Source: a virus
IMG/VR virus record: IMGVR_UViG_3300027797_000020
Span: 1 to 64,000 of that record
Reading direction: 5' to 3' (one strand)
DNA: 64,000 nt
This document shows, one piece after another, positions 52,095 to 62,797 of the stretch (the first letter of the stretch is position 1; each line of letters begins with the position of its first letter). Below the pieces are notes generated by a model. The model worked only from the letters and a program-made list of their open reading frames with translations. It was not told where the DNA came from and searched no databases. Made by a program: the position numbers and the translations under genes.

Positions 52095-55000
52095 AACAGA
52101 AAATATATTAGTCGATTTTGACTACAATAACATAACGATAGTGGACCCTAACAAAGTGTTAGGTGAAGATGGGAAGGCGAAAGAACGTTATGTAAATCAA
52201 GAGGATTTGGTAATGTATGCGAATTTAGAGTGTAAGGTATTGCCAAGAACTAAATTAGCTGCGGGTGTTGCGGCAAATGATAGAGTACAAAATTTATCAA
52301 TCGCGACCATTAATTTTTTAAAGCCTGGTGATAAAGAATTTTTGGATAATAGTTACACCGATGAATTAACAGGTCAAAATAGTTTACAAGGGAATGGTGT
52401 TAATCAACCTAATCAAAAACAAGTACCGTCAAACCCTAAAAAAGGTGAAGATTGGTATTTGAGACAAACGATAAAATCAAACGGTGTTGATGCCGCTACG
52501 GATAATGGTTTATTAGGTATCTCTAAAATTAATATCCGACAAGGTTTGGACTTTATGCCAACATTTAACATTGAGTTAATTGATGTTAAAGGTCGTGCGT
52601 TGTTTGAGGCTGGAAATAGTTCCCCATACGCGGCTTTCTTTAATATGCCATACCCTATGTTCGAATTGACAGTTAAAGGGTTTTACGGTAAAGCAATTAA
52701 GTATAAACTGATGTTAAAATCATTCAATGCAAGGTACGATTCATATAGTAGTAACTTCGTAATTGATTTGATTTTCTACACTTATAAATTCAGTTCAATT
52801 GCTGAGGTTTCGATGGCTTATTTATTAGCCGTTCCACATATGTATACTTCAAGATATTCGGTTAAACAGACAAGTGGTGGTTCAAGTAATTTAACCAATG
52901 TTAGTGATGTTACCGCAACTAAAGGGTTTGGTAAGATTAAGGAAATGTATACCGAGTATAAAACAAAAGGATTAATTCCTGAAAATTTTCCTGAACTAAC
53001 AATAGTTAGGATGAGAAATAATATTGAAAATTTTGTTAAAAACATATTAGATTCATTTACTAAACAAAATTTAGACCCATTGACTGATATTGAAAATTAT
53101 CAGAAAAAATTAAATGAGTTTAAAGGTAAAGTTGTTTATTACGACACAACTTCTTGGGTTGACAAGTATATGGATAAAGTGAACTTTTTAATTATTGATA
53201 ATCCTGTAACAGGAACTGTTAATTCAATAACTAATAAAGTTGTGCCACAGACTAATAACACTAATGGAAATAGTGGTAACTATCTTAAAATATATACCTT
53301 TAAACAACAATTCAAACCTAATGAAAGGAATAATGCCATAACTGAGTTAAAGGCAATTCTAACTGAATATAAAAAAGTTTTGGGTGAGAATGACACATTA
53401 GGTACTAAAGGTTCTTACACTATTGATGGTAAAACAACAAATTCAAGTATTCCAATTGATATTAAAGATAATATATTTGAGATTACATTTACTGAGGACC
53501 AATTAAATACTTTAGAAACTTATAGACAAGTTAAAGGGGTTAAGACAGACCCAACTGAAGCTGAATTAACAAAATTTAAAGCTGAATTGGTTGAGAAAAA
53601 ATATCTTAATAACCAAGTTATTGTAGTTAAAGATGGTAACCCTGTTCCAAAATTTGATTGGTTTTATTTTGAAGGTAAAAATAGTTTTATTGATAAAGTT
53701 GCTGATTTAGGTGTTCAAACCAATAAATGGAGAGAAAAAATCCAAAGTGAGTTAACTGATGCTTTGGCGAAATTACTACAAAGTAGTGACAACGGTATTG
53801 GGTTTGTTCCTAATATTAGAAATGTGTTGGCGGTTATTTTTGCGAATGGTGAAGCGTTTTTACGTTTAATGGATGACGTACACTCAACTGCTTGGGAACA
53901 AAGATTACATCCACTACGTAAAAAACCTATATTTGAAAATACGGTATCAAACGCCAATCCTGATAACCTTAGTTCAGGAACTAATGACTTATTACCTGTT
54001 TATCCTTGGCCAACTTATATGGTGATGACTAACGGTGAAAATGGTCACGAAAAATTTGAACATAGATATCCGGGTGATAGTGATGTGATTGGGTCAACTA
54101 ATGGTGATTTATTAAATGTTTGGCCTGAGATTGAATTTGTTGAGGAGTTTTTAAAAGGTTTTACTGCGAGAGCAACTGAACCTCAATTACCTACTTCTAA
54201 AACAAATGAAGTAACCGATATACAACGAGTTACATTAAACGCTATTGAGTTCCCAATTTCGAACACCGTATTCCAAAATAAAGAAGAAGTTAAATATTTT
54301 TACGAAATATTTGAAAGAATAACATTTTTAGCAAACTACTCAAGATTAAGTAGAACTAATGATTTCATTTCGATTGCCGATAAGACCGCTAATTTAATTG
54401 CGGAGAGTGAGGTTATTAACGTTAAAGAAAGTTTAAGTAATGATAATCCATTCTTAATTAAAAAGTTAAAAGAGTACTCATTAAATTCCCAAAACTTTGT
54501 CCAAGTATTGGAACACATATCAAATCAAGGTGTTGGTGTGAGTTGGCAAAACTATATTAGAGGAATTTATAATACGCCATACATTAATCAATTATCAAAA
54601 TCCGATAACTTTGTCTTTATGGATGAAGCGGTGTTGAATAGTTCATTATCGCAACCAAACGTTAGTTTAACTAAAGAGGACGAGTTTATTGACTTTTTAA
54701 CTGGGTCAACGACAAGTAATTCATTTGATATTTTAGACACATACCCATTTGTTGATACGAGTTGGTGTAAAAAAAACTTATCAGATGGTAGTTCTGTCTC
54801 ATTAAGTAGAGATGCGTTTAACACGACTAAAACATTATCTTTTGATAAGAAATATAAAACGATAACAAGTTTCTCAATAAATGACTCAGCGTATCCTGTC
54901 ACTAACTTTGTTTACAAGGGTAGTATTGATATGCCAAATCCTGATAATTATGCGACTTTTGAGGATTTCTATAATATTAGAAAACCTGAATCACAAATCA

Positions 55001-58000
55001 TAACTGAGGGTAATTTATCTTATAACAATTATAGTGGGTTTGTTAGTTCGGAACAAACAATCTCAATGTTGAACACTCCGTATTTTGTGAATTCAATACA
55101 AGAGGGGGTTGCAAATTTTAGAAATTACGATAAACATCCATTTGTTTCGGCGGGGTATTTGTTCTTAAACAGTTTACCGTTATCGACATTACGTGAGAAG
55201 AATAAAAAATATGACAATGGGACTACATTGGACCTTGATTATATTTTTGCAGGTTTGAAAAAGTTTGGGGCGTTACATAAATTACCATACGCTTGGATTG
55301 TTAAGTTAGGTTCTGTTTGGCATCGTTATAAACGATATGTTAATGATGGGGTTGACATCTTAGATGGTGTATGGAAAAATTTTGATTATGTTACCAATTT
55401 TGACCCTGTTACTTCAGCAAAAACTAAAGATTATACTTTCACAGTTAACGGGGGAACAATTGATATTATATTAGAAAAAAATAGTACATTTGGGACTGAT
55501 ACTACGACATTAATTAATACAGGATTTTATCCAAAACTAATAAATGATTTTAACGTCTTTTATCAAGGGTTTAATGTGTTTTCAGGTTATACTAGTGGTG
55601 ATATCCAAGATGGTGTTGATAAATACGGATTAGGATTACAATACGTTGATAGTGCATCAATTACGGGTATAAAAACATTTGACCCAGGAAATCCGAATCG
55701 TGATTTAAGAATAAATCCTTGGTCGGTTTATGTTGAGTCATTAGACGGTGCCAATATATTCCCAATGCCGTCAATGGGTGTAATTAGAAATCAAACTCAG
55801 GATGAATGTTTTCAATATGGTGATTTAAGAATTGAGGTAACCGGAAACACTTCAATGTATAATGGTTCTGTTAGAACATTTTGGGGAGCCCCAACTTATG
55901 GGTATTTTGATAGTGGTAGGGTTATGAAACCAAGTCCAACAAATTATTTAAAACAAATATTAACGGGAAGTTCAATTCAAGAGAATTTTGCAATTAAAGG
56001 GAATTTAAGTAATTACTCAGAGATTAGTGAAATATTTTCAGTATTTGAAACGGACATACTTGATATGTTTGAGACCAAATTTTTAGATTTTTGTAAATCA
56101 CAATATGATATTGATGATACTATTGATTATGGGATTAATTTCCAAAAATTAATGGTAAGTATGATGAATACTCCAACACAAACAGGTAATACTCCAAGTG
56201 AAATTGTTGAGAATATTCAAAACCAACAGTATGTTAATATTACTAACACTATCACTAAGTTTATTGAGACAAATATGTACATTAAGTACGGTAACCCCTC
56301 AAATTACGATAAGAAATTATTTTATTCGTTTTCAAATTATGATATTACGGACCCATATACTTGGGAAAAATATACCTCAGTAACACCGACCGCATTACCA
56401 TATAATGGTGGTGGAATTACATTGGCATCGTCAAAGGTGAACTACCCTAATGAATGGAAAGCGTTAGAGACTTATGTTGGGTATTCGGAAATTAGTCAAT
56501 TATCTTACTCAAACAATGGGTCTTATATTACTGATTTCTTTTTAGATTTTAATGTTGCGTTTACGGAATATAATGTTAAAACATTTGCACCAATAATTAA
56601 GATTTATGCAACGCAAAAATTAAATGAAACACTTGCGGGTTCTTCATTACCCACAACTACGGACAATGAAAACTCATATGCTATTTTAAAAGATGGTAAT
56701 AAAGTTGAGGTTTTTGTTGGTCCTGGCCCTAACAAAACTGCCGCATTATTTAAACCTGATAATACTGTAATATTAGGTGGGGCTCCAAGTCTACAAACGG
56801 ATGATTTAATTTTAATTGAGGAAATGGTCTTAAAGTACTATGGACCGTTAGGGTTACAAACTAACCCAATTATTACTAAAAAAATTAGACCAAAGAAATT
56901 ACTTTCAAGTCCTGTACCAAAATCTAATTTTAATCAAATTAATTTTAAGGCGTTGATGGATTTATACGTTCAATCATCAAGTAAGTTCCAAGACAGGGTT
57001 TTAAATAATTTAATGTTAAGATTACAGGTTATATTACCTGACGTAAATAATACGCCACAACCAACTGTTGATTCGGTACTTAAAGGTTCTCAAGGTAAAC
57101 TTGATAAGTGGGATAGTTTCAAATCATTAAATGATAAATGGATTGCCGGGGCTGACTTTAAAAACAAGACGTTATTTGAAGATGTGTTGTTACTTGACAG
57201 GGCTAGTCGAAATATTGGGGATAAAGTATTGGTTGATATCTATAAATTAAAACATAGGTTAGATACTTTGTTTCAAGACGGGACTAAGGTGGATATGTTA
57301 TCGTTTGTTGAATCAATATTGATGGAGAATAACTTTGTGGTGATGAATTTACCGGCATATGTTAACTTCTATAACGTTCAAGATGCGGTTAAGAACTCAA
57401 ATCCAAGACCTGAAGGTACTTTGGAATTTGCTAACACTATGTTTGGTACATTTATGAATGTTGATACTCGTGATTCGTCAGCTAAAATGGTTTGTACGTT
57501 TGCTGGTAAACCAAGTGAGACAGTTGCAATTAAAAACGTTGATTTTAAATTTAGGGATGATGCCTTTGATATTAGAAAATCAAGTGATAACCCATTGATT
57601 GAAAATCAAATTGGTAAAAAAGATTGGGATAAATCAAATAAGGTTGTTGGGTTTAATGTTGATATTGGACCACAAAACCAATCAATATTCTACGGGTTTA
57701 ATGTGTCTCAACAAAATGGTAAAGCAACTGCGGAATCGTTGGAGGTTGAAAACCAAATGGCGAATCAATCGTCAGGTAAAGGGTCGGCGACTCAAAACAT
57801 TTCATTATATAACCTTTATAAAAATAGAAGTTATACTTGTACAATATCAATGATGGGTAACGCACTGATTCAACCAACAATGTATTTCAATTTAAGACAC
57901 GTTCCAATGTTTTATGGTCCATATATGATAACATCGGTTAACCATACAATAGGACCTGGAACTTTCGAAACTATTGTTGAAGGGATTAGACAACCAACCG

Positions 58001-58761
58001 CATCGTTACCAAAAATTGATGATTATATTCAAACATTAAAAACAAATTTATTGGCTTCAATTGTTGAAAAAAATAAACAAAAAAATGAGGAAGATAGTAA
58101 AACGATGGCGAATTCTGTAGGTGGTACAACTCAAAATCAAACATCAAATGCAGTTGCGTCTACTAGTGAAGACAAGAAATTAGAACCTTCTAATACTTGT
58201 TCGGAGTTATTATCTGAAAAATATAAAAAATACACACCTGTTGACGCACCACAAGAAACTAGTATAAATCCTAAAGATTTAGTGACGAAAATTTTATCAC
58301 GAATGGCGAATGCTAATTTTTCGGATGATGGTAAATTAAAGTATGTGATATTCGCAACTATAGTATTGTCAAGTACGGGTAGTGATGTTTATAAATCATA
58401 TGAAAATGATTTTTCAGGTGTTGATTTATCAAGGGATTGGGGGATTATTGATTCGTTTGAATCGAAGTATTATTGTATGAAAAGTGGGGGGTCAACATTA
58501 TTACCTTACGCCGTCTTTAGCTCTATTGATAAAAATATTGATATGTTAATTAATAGATTTAAAACTAGAATGTCAACCGTTAAACCTGATAATGAAGGTA
58601 AGATTGCTCCGTCAATTGCTGAGTTTTGGTTTAAAAATAGATTACCTGAGAAGAAAGATGTTGAGACTGCGGAATGGAGTAAAGTTTCTGAAACTGACCA
58701 AACAAATATAATTAATCAAGTTACCTCATCAATAACTCTATTTAAAACATTAAACCCATAA
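52084..58761 (+). CDS. Giant baseplate hub protein (gp27/gpD-like, with large insertions)
   Basis: 2225 aa; N-terminal 'LGISKINI...IELIDVKG' and C-terminal 'CTISMMGNALIQPTMYF...GPYMITSVNHTI..GTFET..EG.R' typical of hub proteins. Confidence 0.7.
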   Translation: MVGKTENILVDFDYNNITIVDPNKVLGEDGKAKERYVNQEDLVMYANLECKVLPRTKLAAGVAANDRVQNLSIATINFLKPGDKEFLDNSYTDELTGQNSLQGNGVNQPNQKQVPSNPKKGEDWYLRQTIKSNGVDAATDNGLLGISKINIRQGLDFMPTFNIELIDVKGRALFEAGNSSPYAAFFNMPYPMFELTVKGFYGKAIKYKLMLKSFNARYDSYSSNFVIDLIFYTYKFSSIAEVSMAYLLAVPHMYTSRYSVKQTSGGSSNLTNVSDVTATKGFGKIKEMYTEYKTKGLIPENFPELTIVRMRNNIENFVKNILDSFTKQNLDPLTDIENYQKKLNEFKGKVVYYDTTSWVDKYMDKVNFLIIDNPVTGTVNSITNKVVPQTNNTNGNSGNYLKIYTFKQQFKPNERNNAITELKAILTEYKKVLGENDTLGTKGSYTIDGKTTNSSIPIDIKDNIFEITFTEDQLNTLETYRQVKGVKTDPTEAELTKFKAELVEKKYLNNQVIVVKDGNPVPKFDWFYFEGKNSFIDKVADLGVQTNKWREKIQSELTDALAKLLQSSDNGIGFVPNIRNVLAVIFANGEAFLRLMDDVHSTAWEQRLHPLRKKPIFENTVSNANPDNLSSGTNDLLPVYPWPTYMVMTNGENGHEKFEHRYPGDSDVIGSTNGDLLNVWPEIEFVEEFLKGFTARATEPQLPTSKTNEVTDIQRVTLNAIEFPISNTVFQNKEEVKYFYEIFERITFLANYSRLSRTNDFISIADKTANLIAESEVINVKESLSNDNPFLIKKLKEYSLNSQNFVQVLEHISNQGVGVSWQNYIRGIYNTPYINQLSKSDNFVFMDEAVLNSSLSQPNVSLTKEDEFIDFLTGSTTSNSFDILDTYPFVDTSWCKKNLSDGSSVSLSRDAFNTTKTLSFDKKYKTITSFSINDSAYPVTNFVYKGSIDMPNPDNYATFEDFYNIRKPESQIITEGNLSYNNYSGFVSSEQTISMLNTPYFVNSIQEGVANFRNYDKHPFVSAGYLFLNSLPLSTLREKNKKYDNGTTLDLDYIFAGLKKFGALHKLPYAWIVKLGSVWHRYKRYVNDGVDILDGVWKNFDYVTNFDPVTSAKTKDYTFTVNGGTIDIILEKNSTFGTDTTTLINTGFYPKLINDFNVFYQGFNVFSGYTSGDIQDGVDKYGLGLQYVDSASITGIKTFDPGNPNRDLRINPWSVYVESLDGANIFPMPSMGVIRNQTQDECFQYGDLRIEVTGNTSMYNGSVRTFWGAPTYGYFDSGRVMKPSPTNYLKQILTGSSIQENFAIKGNLSNYSEISEIFSVFETDILDMFETKFLDFCKSQYDIDDTIDYGINFQKLMVSMMNTPTQTGNTPSEIVENIQNQQYVNITNTITKFIETNMYIKYGNPSNYDKKLFYSFSNYDITDPYTWEKYTSVTPTALPYNGGGITLASSKVNYPNEWKALETYVGYSEISQLSYSNNGSYITDFFLDFNVAFTEYNVKTFAPIIKIYATQKLNETLAGSSLPTTTDNENSYAILKDGNKVEVFVGPGPNKTAALFKPDNTVILGGAPSLQTDDLILIEEMVLKYYGPLGLQTNPIITKKIRPKKLLSSPVPKSNFNQINFKALMDLYVQSSSKFQDRVLNNLMLRLQVILPDVNNTPQPTVDSVLKGSQGKLDKWDSFKSLNDKWIAGADFKNKTLFEDVLLLDRASRNIGDKVLVDIYKLKHRLDTLFQDGTKVDMLSFVESILMENNFVVMNLPAYVNFYNVQDAVKNSNPRPEGTLEFANTMFGTFMNVDTRDSSAKMVCTFAGKPSETVAIKNVDFKFRDDAFDIRKSSDNPLIENQIGKKDWDKSNKVVGFNVDIGPQNQSIFYGFNVSQQNGKATAESLEVENQMANQSSGKGSATQNISLYNLYKNRSYTCTISMMGNALIQPTMYFNLRHVPMFYGPYMITSVNHTIGPGTFETIVEGIRQPTASLPKIDDYIQTLKTNLLASIVEKNKQKNEEDSKTMANSVGGTTQNQTSNAVASTSEDKKLEPSNTCSELLSEKYKKYTPVDAPQETSINPKDLVTKILSRMANANFSDDGKLKYVIFATIVLSSTGSDVYKSYENDFSGVDLSRDWGIIDSFESKYYCMKSGGSTLLPYAVFSSIDKNIDMLINRFKTRMSTVKPDNEGKIAPSIAEFWFKNRLPEKKDVETAEWSKVSETDQTNIINQVTSSITLFKTLNP

Positions 58762-58803
58762 ATTTTTTAGATAACAAAGATATTTATTAATAAACATACA
58801 ATT

Positions 58804-59028
58804 ATGAATACAAAATTAATTTTAGATAGTTATTTGGGTAAAAATACCCGTCACACAGAAAAAGATGCCGGTAATGGATTTAAAGAAGTGTGTGATTTAG
58901 ACACAGGTGATTGTTACACAATTAGAATGAAAGATGGTCTAATTGAAAGAGTTGACAATACTATGAACACAAATAAAAAAATACAAGTAGAAACACGCTC
59001 AGGTGTTAAACAACTTTTAAATGGGTAA
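58804..59028 (+). CDS. Hypothetical protein
   Basis: 74 aa containing 'CDLDTGDC'; TATTTAT at 58781. Confidence 0.6.
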   Translation: MNTKLILDSYLGKNTRHTEKDAGNGFKEVCDLDTGDCYTIRMKDGLIERVDNTMNTNKKIQVETRSGVKQLLNG

Positions 59029-59710
59029 TAATAATATGAATATTGATGCGAGAATTTTAGAAGAGTTATCAAGATTTAACTCTATTAATAAATATATTAA
59101 TGAACAAGAATTACCTCCACCACCGGCAGAAGACCCGTTAGCGGGAGCTCCGGCAGACCCATTAGCGGGAGGAATACCACCGGCAGACCCATTAGCAGGA
59201 GGAACTCCACCTCCACCACCTGCAGCGGGAGCACCTGCGGCGGGAGCGACACCACAACCTGTTGATGTTGAAGCGGACCCTGATGTTGAAAAAGTTGGTG
59301 ATGAATCGGGTAAAGAGGAATTGGAAATAACTGACTTAGTTAAATCTCAAAAAAATGTTGAGAAAAAACAAGAAGAGTATTTTGAACAATTATTTGGTCA
59401 CTTGGAAAACTTAGAAAGTAAATTAGGTGAAATGGATGAGATAGTTAATAAACTAAATAGTCTTGAGGCTAAGGTTGAGAAATACCGTGAAAAAACACCT
59501 CAAGAGAAATTAGAACTTAAAACTTTAGATTCAGGACCTTTCAACCAAAAACTTTCAGATTTCTTCATTGATAAACAAGAAGATATGGAAAAATCAGGTA
59601 AAAATGAATATGTTCTTACAACTGATGAGGTTAAAGACTTCTCACCTAACGAAATTCAAAAGACTTTTAGAGATTTTGATGATGAAGAAGGTTACAAGAA
59701 TAATTTTTAA
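59021..59710 (+). CDS. Acidic Pro/Ala-rich coiled-coil protein (possible scaffold or head-internal protein)
   Basis: 'RILEE', 'YINEQ', three DPLAG repeats, heptad region 'LENLESKLGEMDEIVNKLNSLEAKV'. Confidence 0.55.
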   Translation: MGNNNMNIDARILEELSRFNSINKYINEQELPPPPAEDPLAGAPADPLAGGIPPADPLAGGTPPPPPAAGAPAAGATPQPVDVEADPDVEKVGDESGKEELEITDLVKSQKNVEKKQEEYFEQLFGHLENLESKLGEMDEIVNKLNSLEAKVEKYREKTPQEKLELKTLDSGPFNQKLSDFFIDKQEDMEKSGKNEYVLTTDEVKDFSPNEIQKTFRDFDDEEGYKNNF

Positions 59711-59730
59711 TAGATAACACATTGGAAATG

Positions 59731-59761
59731 AACTTGTCTATAAAAAAGACAAGTTTTTTTT
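59731..59761 (+). terminator. Intrinsic terminator
   Basis: AACTTGTCT-ataaaa-AGACAAGTT followed by a T run. Confidence 0.7.
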
Positions 59762-59771
59762 CCTAAAAAAT

Positions 59772-59800
59772 TTGACAATACAACAAGGCGGACTTATACT
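59772..59800 (+). promoter_or_regulatory. Near-consensus sigma70 promoter TTGACA-N17-TATACT of the replication operon
   Basis: -35 at 59772-59777, -10 at 59795-59800, 25 nt before the SSB ATG. Confidence 0.75.
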
Positions 59801-59825
59801 TTAATAAACAAATAAACTAAATTTT

Positions 59826-60689
59826 ATGGCGACAAGTACATTAGATTCAGTGTTAGCTCAATACGAGAAAGCACAACAAGGTGGTTACCCTTCAAACAGT
59901 AACAAAATGAGTCAAGACGAGCGAATGAAAAAATATTTCGCAGCTATCTTGAAAGATAATGAGAAACAAGGTTCTAAGAGATTAAGAATTCTCCCAACAC
60001 CTGATGGTTCTTCACCCTTTGTAGAAGTGTGGTTCCACGAAATGTTTATCGACGGGAAATGGATTAAATTGTATGACCCTGGTATGAACGACAATGAACG
60101 TTCACCTTTGAACGAAGTTCACGAAGAATTAACCATTGATGGTGATAAAGAACTTGCAAAAAACTACAAATCACGTAAATTTTACATCGTTAAAGTTATT
60201 GACCGTGATAAAGAAGAAGATGGTCCTAAATTTTGGAGATTTAAACACAATTACAAAAACGAGGGTATCTTAGACAAAATCATACCAATTTGGAGAAACA
60301 AAGGTGACATCACCGATGCTGACAAAGGTAGAGACCTTATCCTTGAAATGACGAAAGCAAAAACTAACCAAGGTAAAGAATACACAGTTATTCAAACGGT
60401 TATGTATGATGACCCGGCTTCATTACACGAAGATGGTGATACGAAAAACTCTTGGGTTAATGATGAATTAACTTGGAAAGATGTTTATTCTAAAAAACCT
60501 GTAGAATATTTAGAAGCGATTGCTCGTGGTGAAACTCCTAAATGGGATAATGACCAAGGTAAATACGTTTACGGTGACTCAACTCAAGCTGAGGAATCAT
60601 TTGGAGGTTCAAAACCTAAAAGTGAACCTAAATCAGTTATTGTTGACCCACAAGTTAACGCTGAGGTAGACGAAGATTTACCATTCTAA
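59826..60689 (+). CDS. Single-stranded DNA-binding protein (T4 gp32-like)
   Basis: 'RLRILP...SPFVEVWFH', 'KVIDR...GPKFWRF', 'GRDLIL', acidic tail ending 'DEDLPF'. Confidence 0.85.
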   Translation: MATSTLDSVLAQYEKAQQGGYPSNSNKMSQDERMKKYFAAILKDNEKQGSKRLRILPTPDGSSPFVEVWFHEMFIDGKWIKLYDPGMNDNERSPLNEVHEELTIDGDKELAKNYKSRKFYIVKVIDRDKEEDGPKFWRFKHNYKNEGILDKIIPIWRNKGDITDADKGRDLILEMTKAKTNQGKEYTVIQTVMYDDPASLHEDGDTKNSWVNDELTWKDVYSKKPVEYLEAIARGETPKWDNDQGKYVYGDSTQAEESFGGSKPKSEPKSVIVDPQVNAEVDEDLPF

Positions 60690-60705
60690 CAAAAAACCTA
60701 TAGAT

Positions 60706-60738
60706 AGGTACTGATTGATAAAGTCAGTACCTTTTTTT
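60706..60738 (+). terminator. Intrinsic terminator after the SSB gene
   Basis: AGGTACTGATT-gata-AAGTCAGTACCT followed by a T run. Confidence 0.75.
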
Positions 60739-60763
60739 ATCTTTTATTTAAATTAAATTATAT

Positions 60764-61765
60764 ATGGCAGTAAAGAAAAAAGATTTTTCATTAGAATCAA
60801 TCAAAGGTAAGTTTTCGACAAAGACAAAATATAAACCTGACAGTTTTTATGACTGTGGTGAAGAGTTCACTGAGGCTTGTGGTCTACCTGGTCCAAGTAA
60901 AGGACATATTAATATGTTCTTAGGTCACTCAAACTCATCTAAAACAACGGCAATGATTTTGGCTGCGGCGAATGCTCAAAAACAAGGTGATTTACCTGTT
61001 TTCGTTATAACTGAAAGAAAATGGAATTGGGAACACGCGGTTGAATTAGGTCTTCAAGCAGAACAAAACTCTGAGGGGGAATGGGATGGTAACTTTATCT
61101 TCAATGATAGTTTCGATTACATTGAACAAGCAACTGATTTTATTAACCAAATTTTGGATGCTCAAGACAAAGGTGAAATTCCTTACAACATTGTATTTTT
61201 ATGGGATTCTGTCGGTTCAATTCCTTGTAAGATGACATTTGACGGTAAAGGTGGTAAACAACATAACGCCGCAACATTTGCCGACAAAATAGGTATGGGT
61301 ATTTCTGCAAGAATATCTAAAACTAAAAAAGAAGATGTTCCATATTGGGCGAGTATGGTTGTTATTAATCAACCTTGGGTTGAATTACCTGACAATCCAT
61401 TTGGACAACCTGAGATTAAAGCAAAAGGTGGTGAGGCGATATGGTTAGCGTCTTCATTGGTGTTCTTATTTGGTAATCAGAAGAAAGCAGGTATCAACCA
61501 CATTACCGCAACTAAAAACAATAGAACAGTTGTTTACGCAACAAGAACAAAAATCTCAATATTGAAGAATCACGTAAATGGGTTATCATATAAAGATGGT
61601 AAAATATTAGCAGTTCCTCAAGGTTATATCAAAGATGATAAAGCGGCTATTGAGAAATACAAAAAAGAATTTTCCGAATATTGGAATAAGAAGTTAGGTG
61701 GTGAGGGAGACTTTAAACTTAGTGAAGTGTTTGTCCCAACAGAGGAAGAAGAGTTAGAAGATTGA
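60764..61765 (+). CDS. recA: RecA/UvsX-like recombinase
   Basis: P-loop 'GHSNSSKTT', 'FVITE', Walker B 'FLWDSVG', 'VVINQ', 'KGGEA', 'KNHV'. Confidence 0.85.
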   Translation: MAVKKKDFSLESIKGKFSTKTKYKPDSFYDCGEEFTEACGLPGPSKGHINMFLGHSNSSKTTAMILAAANAQKQGDLPVFVITERKWNWEHAVELGLQAEQNSEGEWDGNFIFNDSFDYIEQATDFINQILDAQDKGEIPYNIVFLWDSVGSIPCKMTFDGKGGKQHNAATFADKIGMGISARISKTKKEDVPYWASMVVINQPWVELPDNPFGQPEIKAKGGEAIWLASSLVFLFGNQKKAGINHITATKNNRTVVYATRTKISILKNHVNGLSYKDGKILAVPQGYIKDDKAAIEKYKKEFSEYWNKKLGGEGDFKLSEVFVPTEEEELED

Positions 61766-61790
61766 TTGTAGAACCATTTAATGGTAAAAA

Positions 61791-62792
61791 ATGACTAAAA
61801 CCTTTTTGGTTGATGGAAACAACCTAATTAAAATTGGTGTTCACGGGGTGAAAGATTTCTTTCACTCCGGAAAACACATAGGTGGGGTGTGGCACTTTAT
61901 AAACACACTACGACGATTTATTGATACTGAAAATTTTGATAAAGTTGTTGTATTTTGGGATGGTGAAGAAAATTCATTGTCTCGAAAAATATTATACCCC
62001 CAATACAAAGCAAATCGAAAGACCCCTTTTGATTTAACCAAAGAAGATTCTATTACCGAACAAAAGGAACGTGTTAAACAATACTTGGAAGAGTTGTTTA
62101 TAAGACAGGTGTTGGTCGATAAGAACGAAGCTGATGATTTGATTGCTTATTATTGTCAAATCTCACCTGATGAAGATAAAACGATATATTCAGGAGACCG
62201 TGATTTAACTCAATTGATTTCCGAAAATGTTAGAATTTATTTACCTGATTTGAAACAATATTTTAAACTTGGTGACAACATTAAGTTTAAGGATATTGAA
62301 ATTCCCCATTATAACGTTAAGACTTACAAGATAATAGCCGGTGATAAATCGGATAACATAGATGGTATCTATTACCTTGGTGATAAGACTTTGGTTAAAT
62401 TATTTCCTGAGCTACTTGACCGAGAAGTAAAATTCACCGATATTTTAGAAAAGGCTGAAATTCTACACAAAGAAGATAAGGATAACAAAGTGTTACAAAA
62501 TCTTTTAACGGGTAAAACTAAGAGTGGGATTTATGGTGATGAATTTTTTGTCATCAATGAAAAGATAGTTGATTTGTCAAACCCTTTAATAACTGAAGAT
62601 GGGAAAAACGTAGTAAATGAATATTATTCAGAAACCTTGGACCCGGATGGTCGAGGTCACAGGAATGTTATCAAGATGATGATGGAAGATGGGTTCTTCA
62701 AATTCCTACCGAAAGGAGACAATGCTTGGGTGAATTTTTTAACACCCTTTTTAAGATTAACAAGAAAAGAAAAAAGAAAGTTTAATAAATAA
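61791..62792 (+). CDS. 5'-3' exonuclease / flap endonuclease (T4 RNase H, PolI-N-like)
   Basis: 'LVDGNN', 'VFWDG', 'YKANR', 'EADDLIA', 'SGDRDLTQL', 'GDKSDNIDGI..LGDKT'. Confidence 0.9.
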   Translation: MTKTFLVDGNNLIKIGVHGVKDFFHSGKHIGGVWHFINTLRRFIDTENFDKVVVFWDGEENSLSRKILYPQYKANRKTPFDLTKEDSITEQKERVKQYLEELFIRQVLVDKNEADDLIAYYCQISPDEDKTIYSGDRDLTQLISENVRIYLPDLKQYFKLGDNIKFKDIEIPHYNVKTYKIIAGDKSDNIDGIYYLGDKTLVKLFPELLDREVKFTDILEKAEILHKEDKDNKVLQNLLTGKTKSGIYGDEFFVINEKIVDLSNPLITEDGKNVVNEYYSETLDPDGRGHRNVIKMMMEDGFFKFLPKGDNAWVNFLTPFLRLTRKEKRKFNK

Positions 62793-62797
62793 AAATT

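Noticed and set aside
28967-57880. Short ORF-track entries inside long genes (e.g. 28967-29449, 36812-37135, 51255-51560, 54588-54902)
   Set aside because: They overlap well-supported genes on the opposite strand or in another frame and show no recognisable motifs.
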